Below are positions 25,962-35,217 of a stretch of DNA of 64,000 nt, one piece after another. The stretch's first letter is position 1, and each line of letters starts with the position of its first letter. The notes below the pieces were generated by a model. It saw only the letters and a program-made list of their open reading frames with translations, was not told the DNA's origin and searched no databases. A program made the translations under genes and the position numbers. The stretch covers positions 14,070 through 78,069 of the forward strand of contig JAVJSW010000059.1 in the NCBI GenBank assembly GCA_040219255.1. Direction: 5' to 3'. Source of the stretch: Sumerlaeia bacterium. Its GTDB lineage: Bacteria; Sumerlaeota; Sumerlaeia; SLMS01; JAHLLQ01.

Positions 25962-27317
25962 TTACCCTGCGGTGGCGAAGACCTCCCCGTTCACCTCGGC
26001 CAGCGCCGCCTCCAGGATTTCGAAGGCTTCGTCCAACTGCTCGTCCGTGATGACCAGCGGCGGCAGGAAGCGGATGCCATTGCTGTAGAGCCCGGCGCGG
26101 ATCAGGATGAGGCCTTTGGCGGAGGCGCGCTTGATGATTTCCAGGGTTTGCTGGGGGGCCGGTTCTTTGGTCTTTCGATCCAGCACGAACTCCACCAGCA
26201 GCATCGCCCCCAGCCCGCGCACGTCGCCCACCAGTTCGTACTTCCCGGCCCAGCGGTCGAGGTGCGCGCGCATGCGGTCGCCGATGGCGTTGGTGCGGGC
26301 CTGGAACTCGGGCTGGCGGATGATCTGGATGCTTTCCCGCGCGGCCACGCAAGCCAGCGGCGCGCCGCCATAGGTGCCGCCGGCGCCGCCCACGTGGGGC
26401 GCGTCCATGATCTCGGCTTTGCCGGTCACGGCGGCGATGGGCATGCCGCTGCCGAGCGACTTGCCGCTGACGATCAGGTCCGGCACGACGCCGCTGTGCT
26501 CGATGGCCCACAGCTTACCCGTCCGGCCCATGCCGCACTGGATTTCGTCGGCGATCATGACGACGCCGTGGGCGTCGCAGAGGGTGCGGATTTTCTTCAG
26601 ATACTCCGCCGGAATCGGCACAAAGCCCGCCTCGCCCTGCACCGGCTCGATCACGATGGCGGCCAGAGCGCTCGGGTCCACCTGCGAGATCATCGCGTTG
26701 TCCAACTGATCCATCATGTGGCACAGGTATTCGCCGGGATTCATGCACGCCGGGCGGCGGTACATGTTCGGCGCGGGGATGCGGTAGATTTCGGAGGCAT
26801 AGGGCCCGAAGCCCTTCTTGAAGAGTCCGTATTTGCTCGTCATCGACAGCGTCAGCAGCGTGCGGCCGTGGTAGCCGCCTTCGAAGACCAGCACGCCCGC
26901 GCGTCCCGTGGCGCAGCGCGCGGCCTTCACGGCGTTTTCGACCGCTTCCGAGCCGCTGTTACAGAGGATGGTTTTCTTGGGAAAATCGCCGGGGGTGACT
27001 TCGATCAGCAGTTCGCAAAGTTCCACATAGGGCTCGTAGGTGCCGACGATCAGGCAAAGGTGCAGGAGCTTTTCCGCCTGCTCGCGCATGGCTTCCACCA
27101 CCGGGCCGGGGCAATGGCCCGCCGCCAGCATGCCGATACCGCCGGCCAGATCGATAAGGACGTTGCCGTCCACATCCGTAACCAGGGCGCCTTCGGCCTT
27201 TTCCGCCACAACCTGGGTGGCTTTGGCCACGGCGTTGGTGACGGCTTTGGCGCGGCGTTCGAGGATCGCCTGGCTCTTCGGGCCGGGAATGGGGGTCTTC
27301 AACTGGATCGTGCCCAT
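25962..27317 (-). CDS. gabT: 4-aminobutyrate aminotransferase-like class III PLP aminotransferase
   Basis: DVDGNVLIDLAGGIG, NSGSEAVENAVK, YHGRT, EPVQGEAG, DEIQCGMGRTG, GKSLGSG, IRFLPPL. Confidence 0.88.
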   Translation of the reverse strand: MGTIQLKTPIPGPKSQAILERRAKAVTNAVAKATQVVAEKAEGALVTDVDGNVLIDLAGGIGMLAAGHCPGPVVEAMREQAEKLLHLCLIVGTYEPYVELCELLIEVTPGDFPKKTILCNSGSEAVENAVKAARCATGRAGVLVFEGGYHGRTLLTLSMTSKYGLFKKGFGPYASEIYRIPAPNMYRRPACMNPGEYLCHMMDQLDNAMISQVDPSALAAIVIEPVQGEAGFVPIPAEYLKKIRTLCDAHGVVMIADEIQCGMGRTGKLWAIEHSGVVPDLIVSGKSLGSGMPIAAVTGKAEIMDAPHVGGAGGTYGGAPLACVAARESIQIIRQPEFQARTNAIGDRMRAHLDRWAGKYELVGDVRGLGAMLLVEFVLDRKTKEPAPQQTLEIIKRASAKGLILIRAGLYSNGIRFLPPLVITDEQLDEAFEILEAALAEVNGEVFATAG

Positions 27318-27746
27318 GGCGTCTGGTTCCATCCTGATCGGGGGAAAGAGTCGTGGCGCGTGCCGCCGGGTGAAGAGGAGCGCGCCGCTGCGTTGTTGTG
27401 GGGCGAAGTCCTGCCACGGGGCGGGCGGGAAAATCAAACAGGAACTTGTTGCAGCGATCTTGTTTCATCCAGAAGAGGCGACGCCCGATTCGGAAAATCA
27501 CGCGAAATAATCGCGCGGCTTTCGCTATGACGGGCACGGTAGAAGACCATGGTTGCGCGACTTAGAGCGCAAGACCCAGGGGAACCGGTTGCAGGCTTCC
27601 CGTTTCCCCTTTACTTCCGAAAAACCACACTCATAATTGAATGACAAGAGATGTTTCGAAACCGCCCGGTTCAACTTCGATTTTAGAACGGATTTTCGAT
27701 CTGGGCCGTTGCCGCCACGTCATCGATCCAATCAGGGAGGGATCCG

Positions 27747-30700
27747 ATGCTTCGCCCCAAGGTTCTCGCTCAAGCGATTCTCGTGTCTGTTCTGCTTTTC
27801 GGCCCGCCCATGGCGGCCTCCGCCGATGTGGTGGTGCTGTCGAACGGCAACCGCCTCGAAGGCATGATCGTTTCCGAAACCGATCAGTTCGTCACGCTCG
27901 ACACGGAAGGCTCACAACTCAAGCTTTCGCGCTCGAACATCCGGGCCATCGAGCGCGGCCCCAGCGTCGCGTTCCTGGCGGGGCGCGCCAGCCGCGCCTT
28001 GGAAGCGGCCAGCCGTCAGCTTTCCTCGGGCCGGCGCCAGGATGCCCTGAAGACCGTGGAGGAAGCCCTGCACGATCTGGAAGTGGGCATGCGGGAGGTG
28101 GACGGCGAAGCGCCCGAACTCAAGGACAAGCGCCGCGAACTGGCTGAGTTGCGCCGCAAAGCCCTGCCGCCGGACCCGAAAAAGATCGAAGCGGACCGGC
28201 TTCTGGAAGAAGCGATGGAGCACGTCAATTTCGTCCGGCTGGAGGAAGCCTTTCAGACCCTGCAGAAGGCCGCCGCTCTGGACGAGACGAGCGCCGCGAT
28301 CCATTACCATCTCGCGAAGGCCGCTCTGGCGGTGCAGCGCGAAGAGGTGGCCACGAAAGCCTACGGCCAGGTCATCCGGCTGGAAGCGGACACCTACTAC
28401 ACGGAAGTCAGCGACACCTATCTGGACCTGCTGCACAAGCAGGGCAGGCAACTGCTGCGTGACCGGCGGTCCGACGAGGCGCTGGCGGTCTACGAGGAGA
28501 TCTTGCTGTTGCAAGCCAACGGCGAGGACGAAGCCCCGATCGCGGTGGGCGATTTCCTGGCCCGCCGCGCCACCCGCGGCAGCCAGCCCCGGGAGGAGGT
28601 CCTGAAGGAAGTCTATCGCTATGCCGACTCGGAAGATCTGATCGATCTGGCGTTTGTCTCGGTTTCCGAGCTTCAACGCCTCGATCCGGAAAACGAAGAA
28701 TTCAAGCGGCTGGCCGAGGAAGATGGCTTTCTGGCGCGCTTCAACCGGGCTATGGAGGGCGGCAAGCTCGAGGAAGCGTCGGGCCTGATCGGTCAGGCTG
28801 GCGACTTGCTCAAGCGCCCCCGGGTGGCCGCCAAGGTCAAGGAACTGGCCGGCGATCGAGCCCGCGAACTGGAAGCGTCACGCATCGCCGAATCCATGCG
28901 CGAAGCCATGAAGTCCGAGGACTTCGCGCGGGCGGCGAATCTGGCGAAGCGGGTTCTGCGCGATTACGCCGACATGGCCGTGGCGCGCGAGGCGGGCTCG
29001 ATCCTGAAGCAGGCGGAGCTGGAAATTCCCGTCAAGACCGAGGTGGACAAAGCCCGCGCCGCCATCGCCGACGCCCGCGACGACGACGCGGAGGCCGCTC
29101 TGAAAGGCGTGGCGGAAACCGCCACGGCGATCGCCAGCGTTCAGCTCCCCGCGATCAAGAAACTGATGGCCCAGATCCCCCGCGAACGCCGCGCCGACGA
29201 ACTCTGGCTGCTGGCCGATGCGGACCTGGAATCGGAGAGGTTCAACGAAGCCCTGGAGCGGCTCGAGGAGCTGGAGTCGGACTTCGCCGACACCCGGTCC
29301 GGTGGCCGGGCCGTGGGCTGGCTGAACGATTATCGCGCCCGCCTGCGGGCCGAAACGCAGCGCTATCGCCCCCGCGACACGGACTTCTTGCTCGCCATCA
29401 CGGACCCAAACCTCTGGCGCGCCGCCGCTTACGAATCCGGAGGCAATGGCCGCCGGGAATTGGGCGCCGTGGTCAGCGAAGGCCGCAGTCAAGCCCTCGC
29501 CTCCTTCCGCGGTCTGATGAGGGCCGACGCCGGCGCCGTCGTCGATCCGCGCCCGGGATGGATGCATGTCGGTTTGCCTCTAGGTCTCGGAGGATTGGTG
29601 CTGCTGGGCTTGCTGTTCACGCTGGCCAAGCCCGGCTCGGGTCAGTACGCGGAGGTGATCGAGGACGATGCGCCGCCGGAGCCAGGCGAGGAAGGCAGCG
29701 CGGCCTCGCGTATGATCCTCTCCTGCCGCGCCTGTGGCCAGGCCAGCCCCGCCAAGGAGCCGCGTTGCCCCGCTTGCGGCACGGCCCGCGCCATGACGGA
29801 GGACGAGCAAATCCGCAGCGAGGACGAGAAGCGCCGCGCCGATTTCGACCCGTGGAAGCTGCGCGTGTCGTCGTCCGTGGAATTCAACAAATTCAACGAG
29901 TACTATGAGAAGGCCCGCGAGCTGTCCGAAACCAGCGACGTGCAGGCGGCCCTCGAAAACTGCCGCGCGGCGCTGCGGGAAAACCCACACAGTTCGCTCG
30001 GTTACGAGCTGCTGGCCACACTGTACGAACGCATGGGCAAACAGGATGATGCGATCCTGTGCTATCGCGAGATCCTTTTGCTGAACCCCACGGACCAGAT
30101 GGTGCGTCAGAAGCTGGAAAGTCTCTCCGCCGTGCCGCCGCTCGATTCGTCGAAGATCTCCCTCTGGCTCGCGGCGCTGCTGTGGTGGTTCGTTTACTTC
30201 CTGATGATCGGGGTCGATCCGGGAAGCTATGTTTTGCGTGCGATCGCATGCCTGGCGGGCTTTGGCCTCACCTTCGCCCTGTTCAAATCCATGCAGAAAC
30301 ACAGCAGGCTGCCGCGCGTTTCGCGCGATCACGCGGGCGCCATCGACGTGATGCGCCCCCTGCCCAAACAGACGCTCTCATGGGCCGAGCAGAACAAACA
30401 GGCCCGCGTGCTGGCCGACGCCATCCTGCACCATACTGGTGTCGAGGTGCCGGTGCTGTCGGTGTGGCGGCTGGTCTGGGCGTTGGCGCTGTCGCTGCTG
30501 ATGCTGGTGGTGCTGGTGGCCGTTGCCTGGGTCCAGAGCGCGCCTTGGGTGCTGCTGGCATGGCCGGCGGGGGCGTTGCTGCTCGTCTGGGTGTTCGAAC
30601 TGGCGCCCCGCGCCCTCACGGCCCACGTGCTGCTGCGCCATTTTCAGGAAGAAACCCTCTCCCCCTGGAGCGACCCTCATCGCCCCTTCCAACCGGCCGC

Positions 30701-31655
30701 CTCGAAGACGCCGCCCATCGGCGAATTCCTCCTCGAATCGCCCACGCTGCTGCCACTCCGCTGGACGTTCCGGCCCTTCCCGTATTCCAAGTCTCGCCAG
30801 GGCGTCCTGAACAACATCCAGCAGGTGCTCAACCGCCATTGGGAATTCCACCGCTTCTACCATGAGGCCCGCGTCGTCCGGGATTTGGAAATCCCGCTGC
30901 CGGCCTACTCCAAGCCCATGAACTACGCCTGCGGTCTGCTGATCGTGTTGGCGCTGGCTGGGGCCCTGACAGCGTATTGGGGTCAACGGAGCGCCGCCGC
31001 CCGCTACGACGAGTCGATGCAACTCGGCTACGTTTACCTGCTCGATGGCGACGTGCCGGAAGCGCTGCGCTACTTCCAGGAAGCCCAGAGTCTGCAACCG
31101 AGCCGCGTGGCACCGCACCTCTATATGGGCCACACCTTCGCGGCGAAACGTCTCGCCAAAGGGGCGGAGCGAAATTTCAAGCTGGCCTCGGAAAAGAACC
31201 CCGGCATCGCGGCGGTCGAGAACGATTACGCCAACTTCCTGCAGCGCGAAGGCCGCCTGCGGGAGGCGGCGGAGGCTTACCTGGCGGCCCTCGAAATCGA
31301 GCCCACCAATCCCGACATCCTGAACAACGCCGGGTCGGCGTTCTACAAACTGGAAGACTACGCCCGCGCCGTCGAACTCCTCAAACGCGCCGTCGCCGTC
31401 GATCCCGAGCACAGCCGCGCCCACACGACTCTCGGGCTGGCCTACGAGGGCCTCGGCGACCGAGACGCCGCCCGCCAGGCCTATGAAAAGGCCGTCGCGG
31501 TGGCACCGGAACTCTCCTACACCCAGGTCGCCCGCAACCGTCTCGACCTCGATCTGGCGCCCATTGATGCGACGCCGTTGCGGCTGGAAGTGGCCTCCGC
31601 CGCCGATTCCGCGCTAGCGCCAGCGCCCACCGAAGGGACCGCGGCCTCCCCATGA
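27747..31655 (+). CDS. Large multi-pass TPR protein with Zn ribbon
   Basis: Signal peptide ending ASA-D, N-terminal beta domain (DVVVLSNGNRLEGMIVSET), several TPR arrays, CRACG...CPACG, about six hydrophobic segments, canonical C-terminal TPRs. Confidence 0.85.
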   Translation: MLRPKVLAQAILVSVLLFGPPMAASADVVVLSNGNRLEGMIVSETDQFVTLDTEGSQLKLSRSNIRAIERGPSVAFLAGRASRALEAASRQLSSGRRQDALKTVEEALHDLEVGMREVDGEAPELKDKRRELAELRRKALPPDPKKIEADRLLEEAMEHVNFVRLEEAFQTLQKAAALDETSAAIHYHLAKAALAVQREEVATKAYGQVIRLEADTYYTEVSDTYLDLLHKQGRQLLRDRRSDEALAVYEEILLLQANGEDEAPIAVGDFLARRATRGSQPREEVLKEVYRYADSEDLIDLAFVSVSELQRLDPENEEFKRLAEEDGFLARFNRAMEGGKLEEASGLIGQAGDLLKRPRVAAKVKELAGDRARELEASRIAESMREAMKSEDFARAANLAKRVLRDYADMAVAREAGSILKQAELEIPVKTEVDKARAAIADARDDDAEAALKGVAETATAIASVQLPAIKKLMAQIPRERRADELWLLADADLESERFNEALERLEELESDFADTRSGGRAVGWLNDYRARLRAETQRYRPRDTDFLLAITDPNLWRAAAYESGGNGRRELGAVVSEGRSQALASFRGLMRADAGAVVDPRPGWMHVGLPLGLGGLVLLGLLFTLAKPGSGQYAEVIEDDAPPEPGEEGSAASRMILSCRACGQASPAKEPRCPACGTARAMTEDEQIRSEDEKRRADFDPWKLRVSSSVEFNKFNEYYEKARELSETSDVQAALENCRAALRENPHSSLGYELLATLYERMGKQDDAILCYREILLLNPTDQMVRQKLESLSAVPPLDSSKISLWLAALLWWFVYFLMIGVDPGSYVLRAIACLAGFGLTFALFKSMQKHSRLPRVSRDHAGAIDVMRPLPKQTLSWAEQNKQARVLADAILHHTGVEVPVLSVWRLVWALALSLLMLVVLVAVAWVQSAPWVLLAWPAGALLLVWVFELAPRALTAHVLLRHFQEETLSPWSDPHRPFQPAASKTPPIGEFLLESPTLLPLRWTFRPFPYSKSRQGVLNNIQQVLNRHWEFHRFYHEARVVRDLEIPLPAYSKPMNYACGLLIVLALAGALTAYWGQRSAAARYDESMQLGYVYLLDGDVPEALRYFQEAQSLQPSRVAPHLYMGHTFAAKRLAKGAERNFKLASEKNPGIAAVENDYANFLQREGRLREAAEAYLAALEIEPTNPDILNNAGSAFYKLEDYARAVELLKRAVAVDPEHSRAHTTLGLAYEGLGDRDAARQAYEKAVAVAPELSYTQVARNRLDLDLAPIDATPLRLEVASAADSALAPAPTEGTAASP

Positions 31656-33454
31656 CCTCGTCCTCCGGCGACAATCCGACCCGCATCCTGTCCGCCGCCG
31701 CGCGCGACAAGACACCGCCCCAGATGATCGGGCCCTATCGCGTCATCCGGCGCCTGGGAGAAGGCGGCATGGGCGAGGTCCTGCTCGCCGAGGACGCCAA
31801 GCTCGGCCGCCATGTCGCCATCAAACTGATCCGCCGCGAGCTCGTCACGGCGCCCCAGTTCCTCGAACGCTTCGAGCGCGAGGCCAAACTCTGCGCCCGC
31901 CTCAACCACCCCCGCGTCGTCAGCCTCTATCAGGTCGGCGAGGTGGACGGAAACCCCTACCAGGTCCTGGAGTATGTCAAGGGCATGACTCTGCGCGAGC
32001 TGCTGCGAACCCCGCCGCCGCTGCCGCTGGCCAAGGTCTGCGAGTTCTTCGCCCAGGCCGCCGAAGGCCTCGAGGCGGCCCGCGCCGCCGGCATCATCCA
32101 CCGCGATATCAAACCCGGCAACATCATGGTGCGCGACGACGGTCTGGTCAAGGTCATGGACTTTGGCCTCTCCAAAGGCCAGGACATGGACGGCCTGACC
32201 CAGACCCAGGCCGCCCTCGGCACGCCGGAATACATGGCGCCGGAGCAGGCCGAAGGCAAACCGCTGGACCATCGCGCGGACATCTATGCCCTGGGCATTT
32301 CCCTCTTCCAGTGCGTCACCGGCTACCTGCCCTTTCGCGCCAGCTCCGCCGTCAGCACCATGATGAAGCAGGTCCACGAGCCCCTGCCCGCCGACCCTAA
32401 ACTGCAAGCCATCGCCGGCGGCCGGCTCGACGGTCTGATCCGCCGCATGACGGCCAAGGACCCGGCGGACCGGCCCTGGCGCTATATCGATGTGATCGAG
32501 GAGCTGCGCCTTCTGGCGGCCCTTCTGGCGGAGGACGGACAGCTCTCCGCCGCCGAGGTGGACTTGGTGCCATCGCCCCGGGGAAACGGCCGCACACCCA
32601 AACCCGCCTACGATCCCCAGCGCGCTTCCGGCACGCCGCCGGTCGGCTACCTGGCGCCCGCGCCCGCCAAACGGCGCAGCTCCTCCTCGGTCCAGATCGG
32701 GCGCCAGCGCCGCCGTCTGCAAACGCTGACCTACGCCGGGGTGGGTCTGCTACTGCTGGGGGCCTTGGTGGGCGGCGGGCTTTGGGCCACGGGCGGTTTC
32801 CCGGGAAAGAGCGCTGCCGCGCCGGATTCCAAGGCCCAACCCGTGCCGGGCGGCGACGCCGCCAAGCCGGCCGTGACGCCCACGCCCGCACCCACGCCTG
32901 ATGATGGCCGCATGCGCATCACGCTGCGCAGCTCCGGCCGCACCGCCACATTGGCGGACCTGCTCGGCGGCCTCCAGGCCCACGGCGTGAACTTTGTCGT
33001 CCGCGATCAGATCGATCCCCGCGCCTATCCCGCCTCCTTCGTGTTCGAACAAACCCCGCCCGACGACATCGTCCGCGCTGTAACCACCGGCGCGGGCTGG
33101 AGCACCGAGGACCAGGGCGGCATACTGTTCCTCGCGCGCGGCGCCGCACCCCCCCAGCAATCCGTCCGCGCCGCCCGCGCGGGCCAAGACACCACCGGCC
33201 TCCCCAACGTCAGCCTCCGCGCCATGAGCAACCCCGTCACGCTTCTGGAAGCCTGTGAGGGCTTTCGTTACGAAGCCGGCGTCGATTACCTCATCCTCGG
33301 CGAAGGCCTCACCCGATGGCCCATCACCAACGTCGGCCTGACCAACGCCAACCTGGGCACCGTGATGACGTTACTGCTGCAAAACGGCGCCCCGATGGAG
33401 TGGGCTATGGTGGGAAACACGCTGGTGATCGTGCCGAAGGGGACGCGGAACTAG
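31652..33454 (+). CDS. Hanks-type Ser/Thr protein kinase with TM and extracytoplasmic domains
   Basis: LGEGGMGEV, VAIK, IIHRDIKPGN, VKVMDFGL, GTPEYMAPEQ, DIYALG. Its ATG overlaps the TPR gene stop (ATGA). Confidence 0.95.
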   Translation: MTSSSGDNPTRILSAAARDKTPPQMIGPYRVIRRLGEGGMGEVLLAEDAKLGRHVAIKLIRRELVTAPQFLERFEREAKLCARLNHPRVVSLYQVGEVDGNPYQVLEYVKGMTLRELLRTPPPLPLAKVCEFFAQAAEGLEAARAAGIIHRDIKPGNIMVRDDGLVKVMDFGLSKGQDMDGLTQTQAALGTPEYMAPEQAEGKPLDHRADIYALGISLFQCVTGYLPFRASSAVSTMMKQVHEPLPADPKLQAIAGGRLDGLIRRMTAKDPADRPWRYIDVIEELRLLAALLAEDGQLSAAEVDLVPSPRGNGRTPKPAYDPQRASGTPPVGYLAPAPAKRRSSSSVQIGRQRRRLQTLTYAGVGLLLLGALVGGGLWATGGFPGKSAAAPDSKAQPVPGGDAAKPAVTPTPAPTPDDGRMRITLRSSGRTATLADLLGGLQAHGVNFVVRDQIDPRAYPASFVFEQTPPDDIVRAVTTGAGWSTEDQGGILFLARGAAPPQQSVRAARAGQDTTGLPNVSLRAMSNPVTLLEACEGFRYEAGVDYLILGEGLTRWPITNVGLTNANLGTVMTLLLQNGAPMEWAMVGNTLVIVPKGTRN

Positions 33455-34419
33455 ACAGCCGCCACCTGCGCCTCGGCGTTACGCTTGATGCTCCGCAGCA
33501 CTCGGCCATGGATGCGGTGGATGATCGCGTCGGTCCACGGACGCCAGTAGAACCCCGGCGACAGCGATTGCCGGTACCACGTCGTGCCCTCGACGCGGGT
33601 CGTGCCGTCGGGCTGGCGGATCAGGAGAAACTGCCCCCGTTCGCTGCGAAACGAATCGTGCACGTGCGCTGGCGAGATGTCGTGAAAGGGGTTCCACTCC
33701 TCCATCACCGGCGGCGTCTCGATCACGGAAAACGCCAGAAGGCGCGGCTCGTCCCAGGTGGTGATGGGTTCGACGAAGGTGCCCGTCGAGAAGTCACAAT
33801 AGCGGATGGCGCCTCGGCCCTCGCCCCGGATGCGGGCGCGGATCGGATAGGCGAGGCCCTGGCGGAAGAAGAATCCCGGATCCTCCTCGATTTCGCTGAA
33901 CGCCACGATCTGGTCCCACACGACGTCCGGCGGCGCGGCGATGTGCATGGGCGTAGTGACGGAAACCAATTCGCCGCGCGGCTCGCGCAGCACCGCCTCG
34001 GCGCCCATAATCGCGGGCGAGAGCGCCAGCAGGCCCACGAGCATCGAGCGCTCGGCGCAGCCAGAGGCCGCTTCCCCCATCCGATACACGATGTAGCAGC
34101 CCAGAAACGTCAGCGGAATCACGATGGGGGCCGCCATCAGGATACAGATCACCCCTTCCTGGGCGAAGGCCAACAGCCCCGCGCTGATCGTCACGCCCAG
34201 CGAAGCCGTGGCTGAAACGACGTCCCCAATGGTTCCAGCGGATCCCCGCAGCACCAACGTCATCTGGAGCACCCCGGCCAGCACCGGTAGCACCACGAAA
34301 AGGTAAACCCCGTAGGATTGGAGGACGTGGGCGCCGAGGAAGACGCTCAGCAGCACGAAGAAGGAGGTCAGGATGGTGGGGACGCCGAAGCGTTTGGTGA
34401 AGAGGAATGCGTTACTCAT
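33451..34419 (-). CDS. Membrane protein with C-terminal SRPBCC/START-like domain
   Basis: N-terminal TMs with EGVICILMAAP; IAAPPDVVWDQI, GAIRYCDFSTG, EPITTWDEPRLLAF, IIHRIHGRVL. Confidence 0.8.
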   Translation of the reverse strand: MSNAFLFTKRFGVPTILTSFFVLLSVFLGAHVLQSYGVYLFVVLPVLAGVLQMTLVLRGSAGTIGDVVSATASLGVTISAGLLAFAQEGVICILMAAPIVIPLTFLGCYIVYRMGEAASGCAERSMLVGLLALSPAIMGAEAVLREPRGELVSVTTPMHIAAPPDVVWDQIVAFSEIEEDPGFFFRQGLAYPIRARIRGEGRGAIRYCDFSTGTFVEPITTWDEPRLLAFSVIETPPVMEEWNPFHDISPAHVHDSFRSERGQFLLIRQPDGTTRVEGTTWYRQSLSPGFYWRPWTDAIIHRIHGRVLRSIKRNAEAQVAAV

Positions 34420-34434
34420 CAGAAAGATTTGTCC

Positions 34435-34452
34435 TTTCAGAAATTTTTGAAA
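34435..34452. promoter_or_regulatory. Operator palindrome, copy 2
   Basis: TTTCAGAAATTTTTGAAA; 17/18 identical to the site at 35017; 15 nt upstream of the SRPBCC gene ATG. Confidence 0.7.
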
Positions 34453-34473
34453 CACAAGGTCGCAAAGAAAACT

Positions 34474-35001
34474 TCACTTCCCCGCCAGATCGATCAGGAA
34501 TCGGTTCAGCCGCTCGCTCATCTGGGCCAAGCGCCGCAGCGTGGCCGTCGGCATGCGGTCGAGTTGCTCGTAGGCGGCGGTCATTTGCTCCATGAAATCC
34601 AGCATCGGGGCGATTTTTTCGGCGGTCGCGGCGTCGCCATCTTCCTGGGCTTCCATTGCGCACTGGCGCAGCATCGTTAGTGTCGGGTCGATTTCGCGCT
34701 TCTTCCGCTCGGCCAGGATGCGCCGGAACATTTCCCAGATATCGTCGAGCGTGGTGAAGTAATCGCGCCGGTCTCCGAGCCGCTGCTCGACCCGCACGAT
34801 GCCCCAGCTTTGCAGTTCCTTGAGCGACATGCTCACGTTCGACCGCGCGATCTGCAGCGTGGCGGCGATTTCCTCGGCGTGGATGGGCTCGGGCGACAGG
34901 TACAGCAGCGCATGAATCTGAGCCACCGTCCGATTGATCCCCCACTTGGTCCCCATCTCGCCCCAGTGGAGGATGAGTTTACGCTGTGTATCGGTGAGCA
35001 T
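34474..35001 (-). CDS. GbsR/MarR-family transcriptional regulator
   Basis: ILHWGEMGTKWGINRTVAQIHALLYL, ARSNVSMSLKELQSWG, GDRRDYF, ERKKREIDP. Confidence 0.92.
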   Translation of the reverse strand: MLTDTQRKLILHWGEMGTKWGINRTVAQIHALLYLSPEPIHAEEIAATLQIARSNVSMSLKELQSWGIVRVEQRLGDRRDYFTTLDDIWEMFRRILAERKKREIDPTLTMLRQCAMEAQEDGDAATAEKIAPMLDFMEQMTAAYEQLDRMPTATLRRLAQMSERLNRFLIDLAGK

Positions 35002-35016
35002 GAGTGGCTTCTCCTG

Positions 35017-35034
35017 TTTCAGTAATTTTTGAAA
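35017..35034. promoter_or_regulatory. Operator palindrome, copy 1 (autoregulation)
   Basis: TTTCAGTAATTTTTGAAA lies immediately upstream of the AGGAG RBS and overlaps a putative -10 (TTGACG-N17-TATTTC, minus strand 35031-35059). Confidence 0.7.
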
Positions 35035-35099
35035 TACGAGAAGTGTATGTGCGCGTCAAGGGCGAATCGACGATGGCTACAAGCGCTCGCTGACACCTC

Positions 35100-35217
35100 G
35101 GAAATCGGCCACGGATGAGCACGGATAGCAAACCGGATACAAGGAAGACATTCGTTCATGCCAAACTAGCCTTAGAGACAGAGAACAATCCGAATCCTAT
35201 CCGTGCCAATCCGTGGC
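35100..35217. repeat. Inverted-repeat element (CACGGAT family), long copy
   Basis: Left GCCACGGATGAGCACGGATAG (35108-35128) and right CTATCCGTGCCAATCCGTGGC (35197-35217) are complementary at 19/21. Confidence 0.8.
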
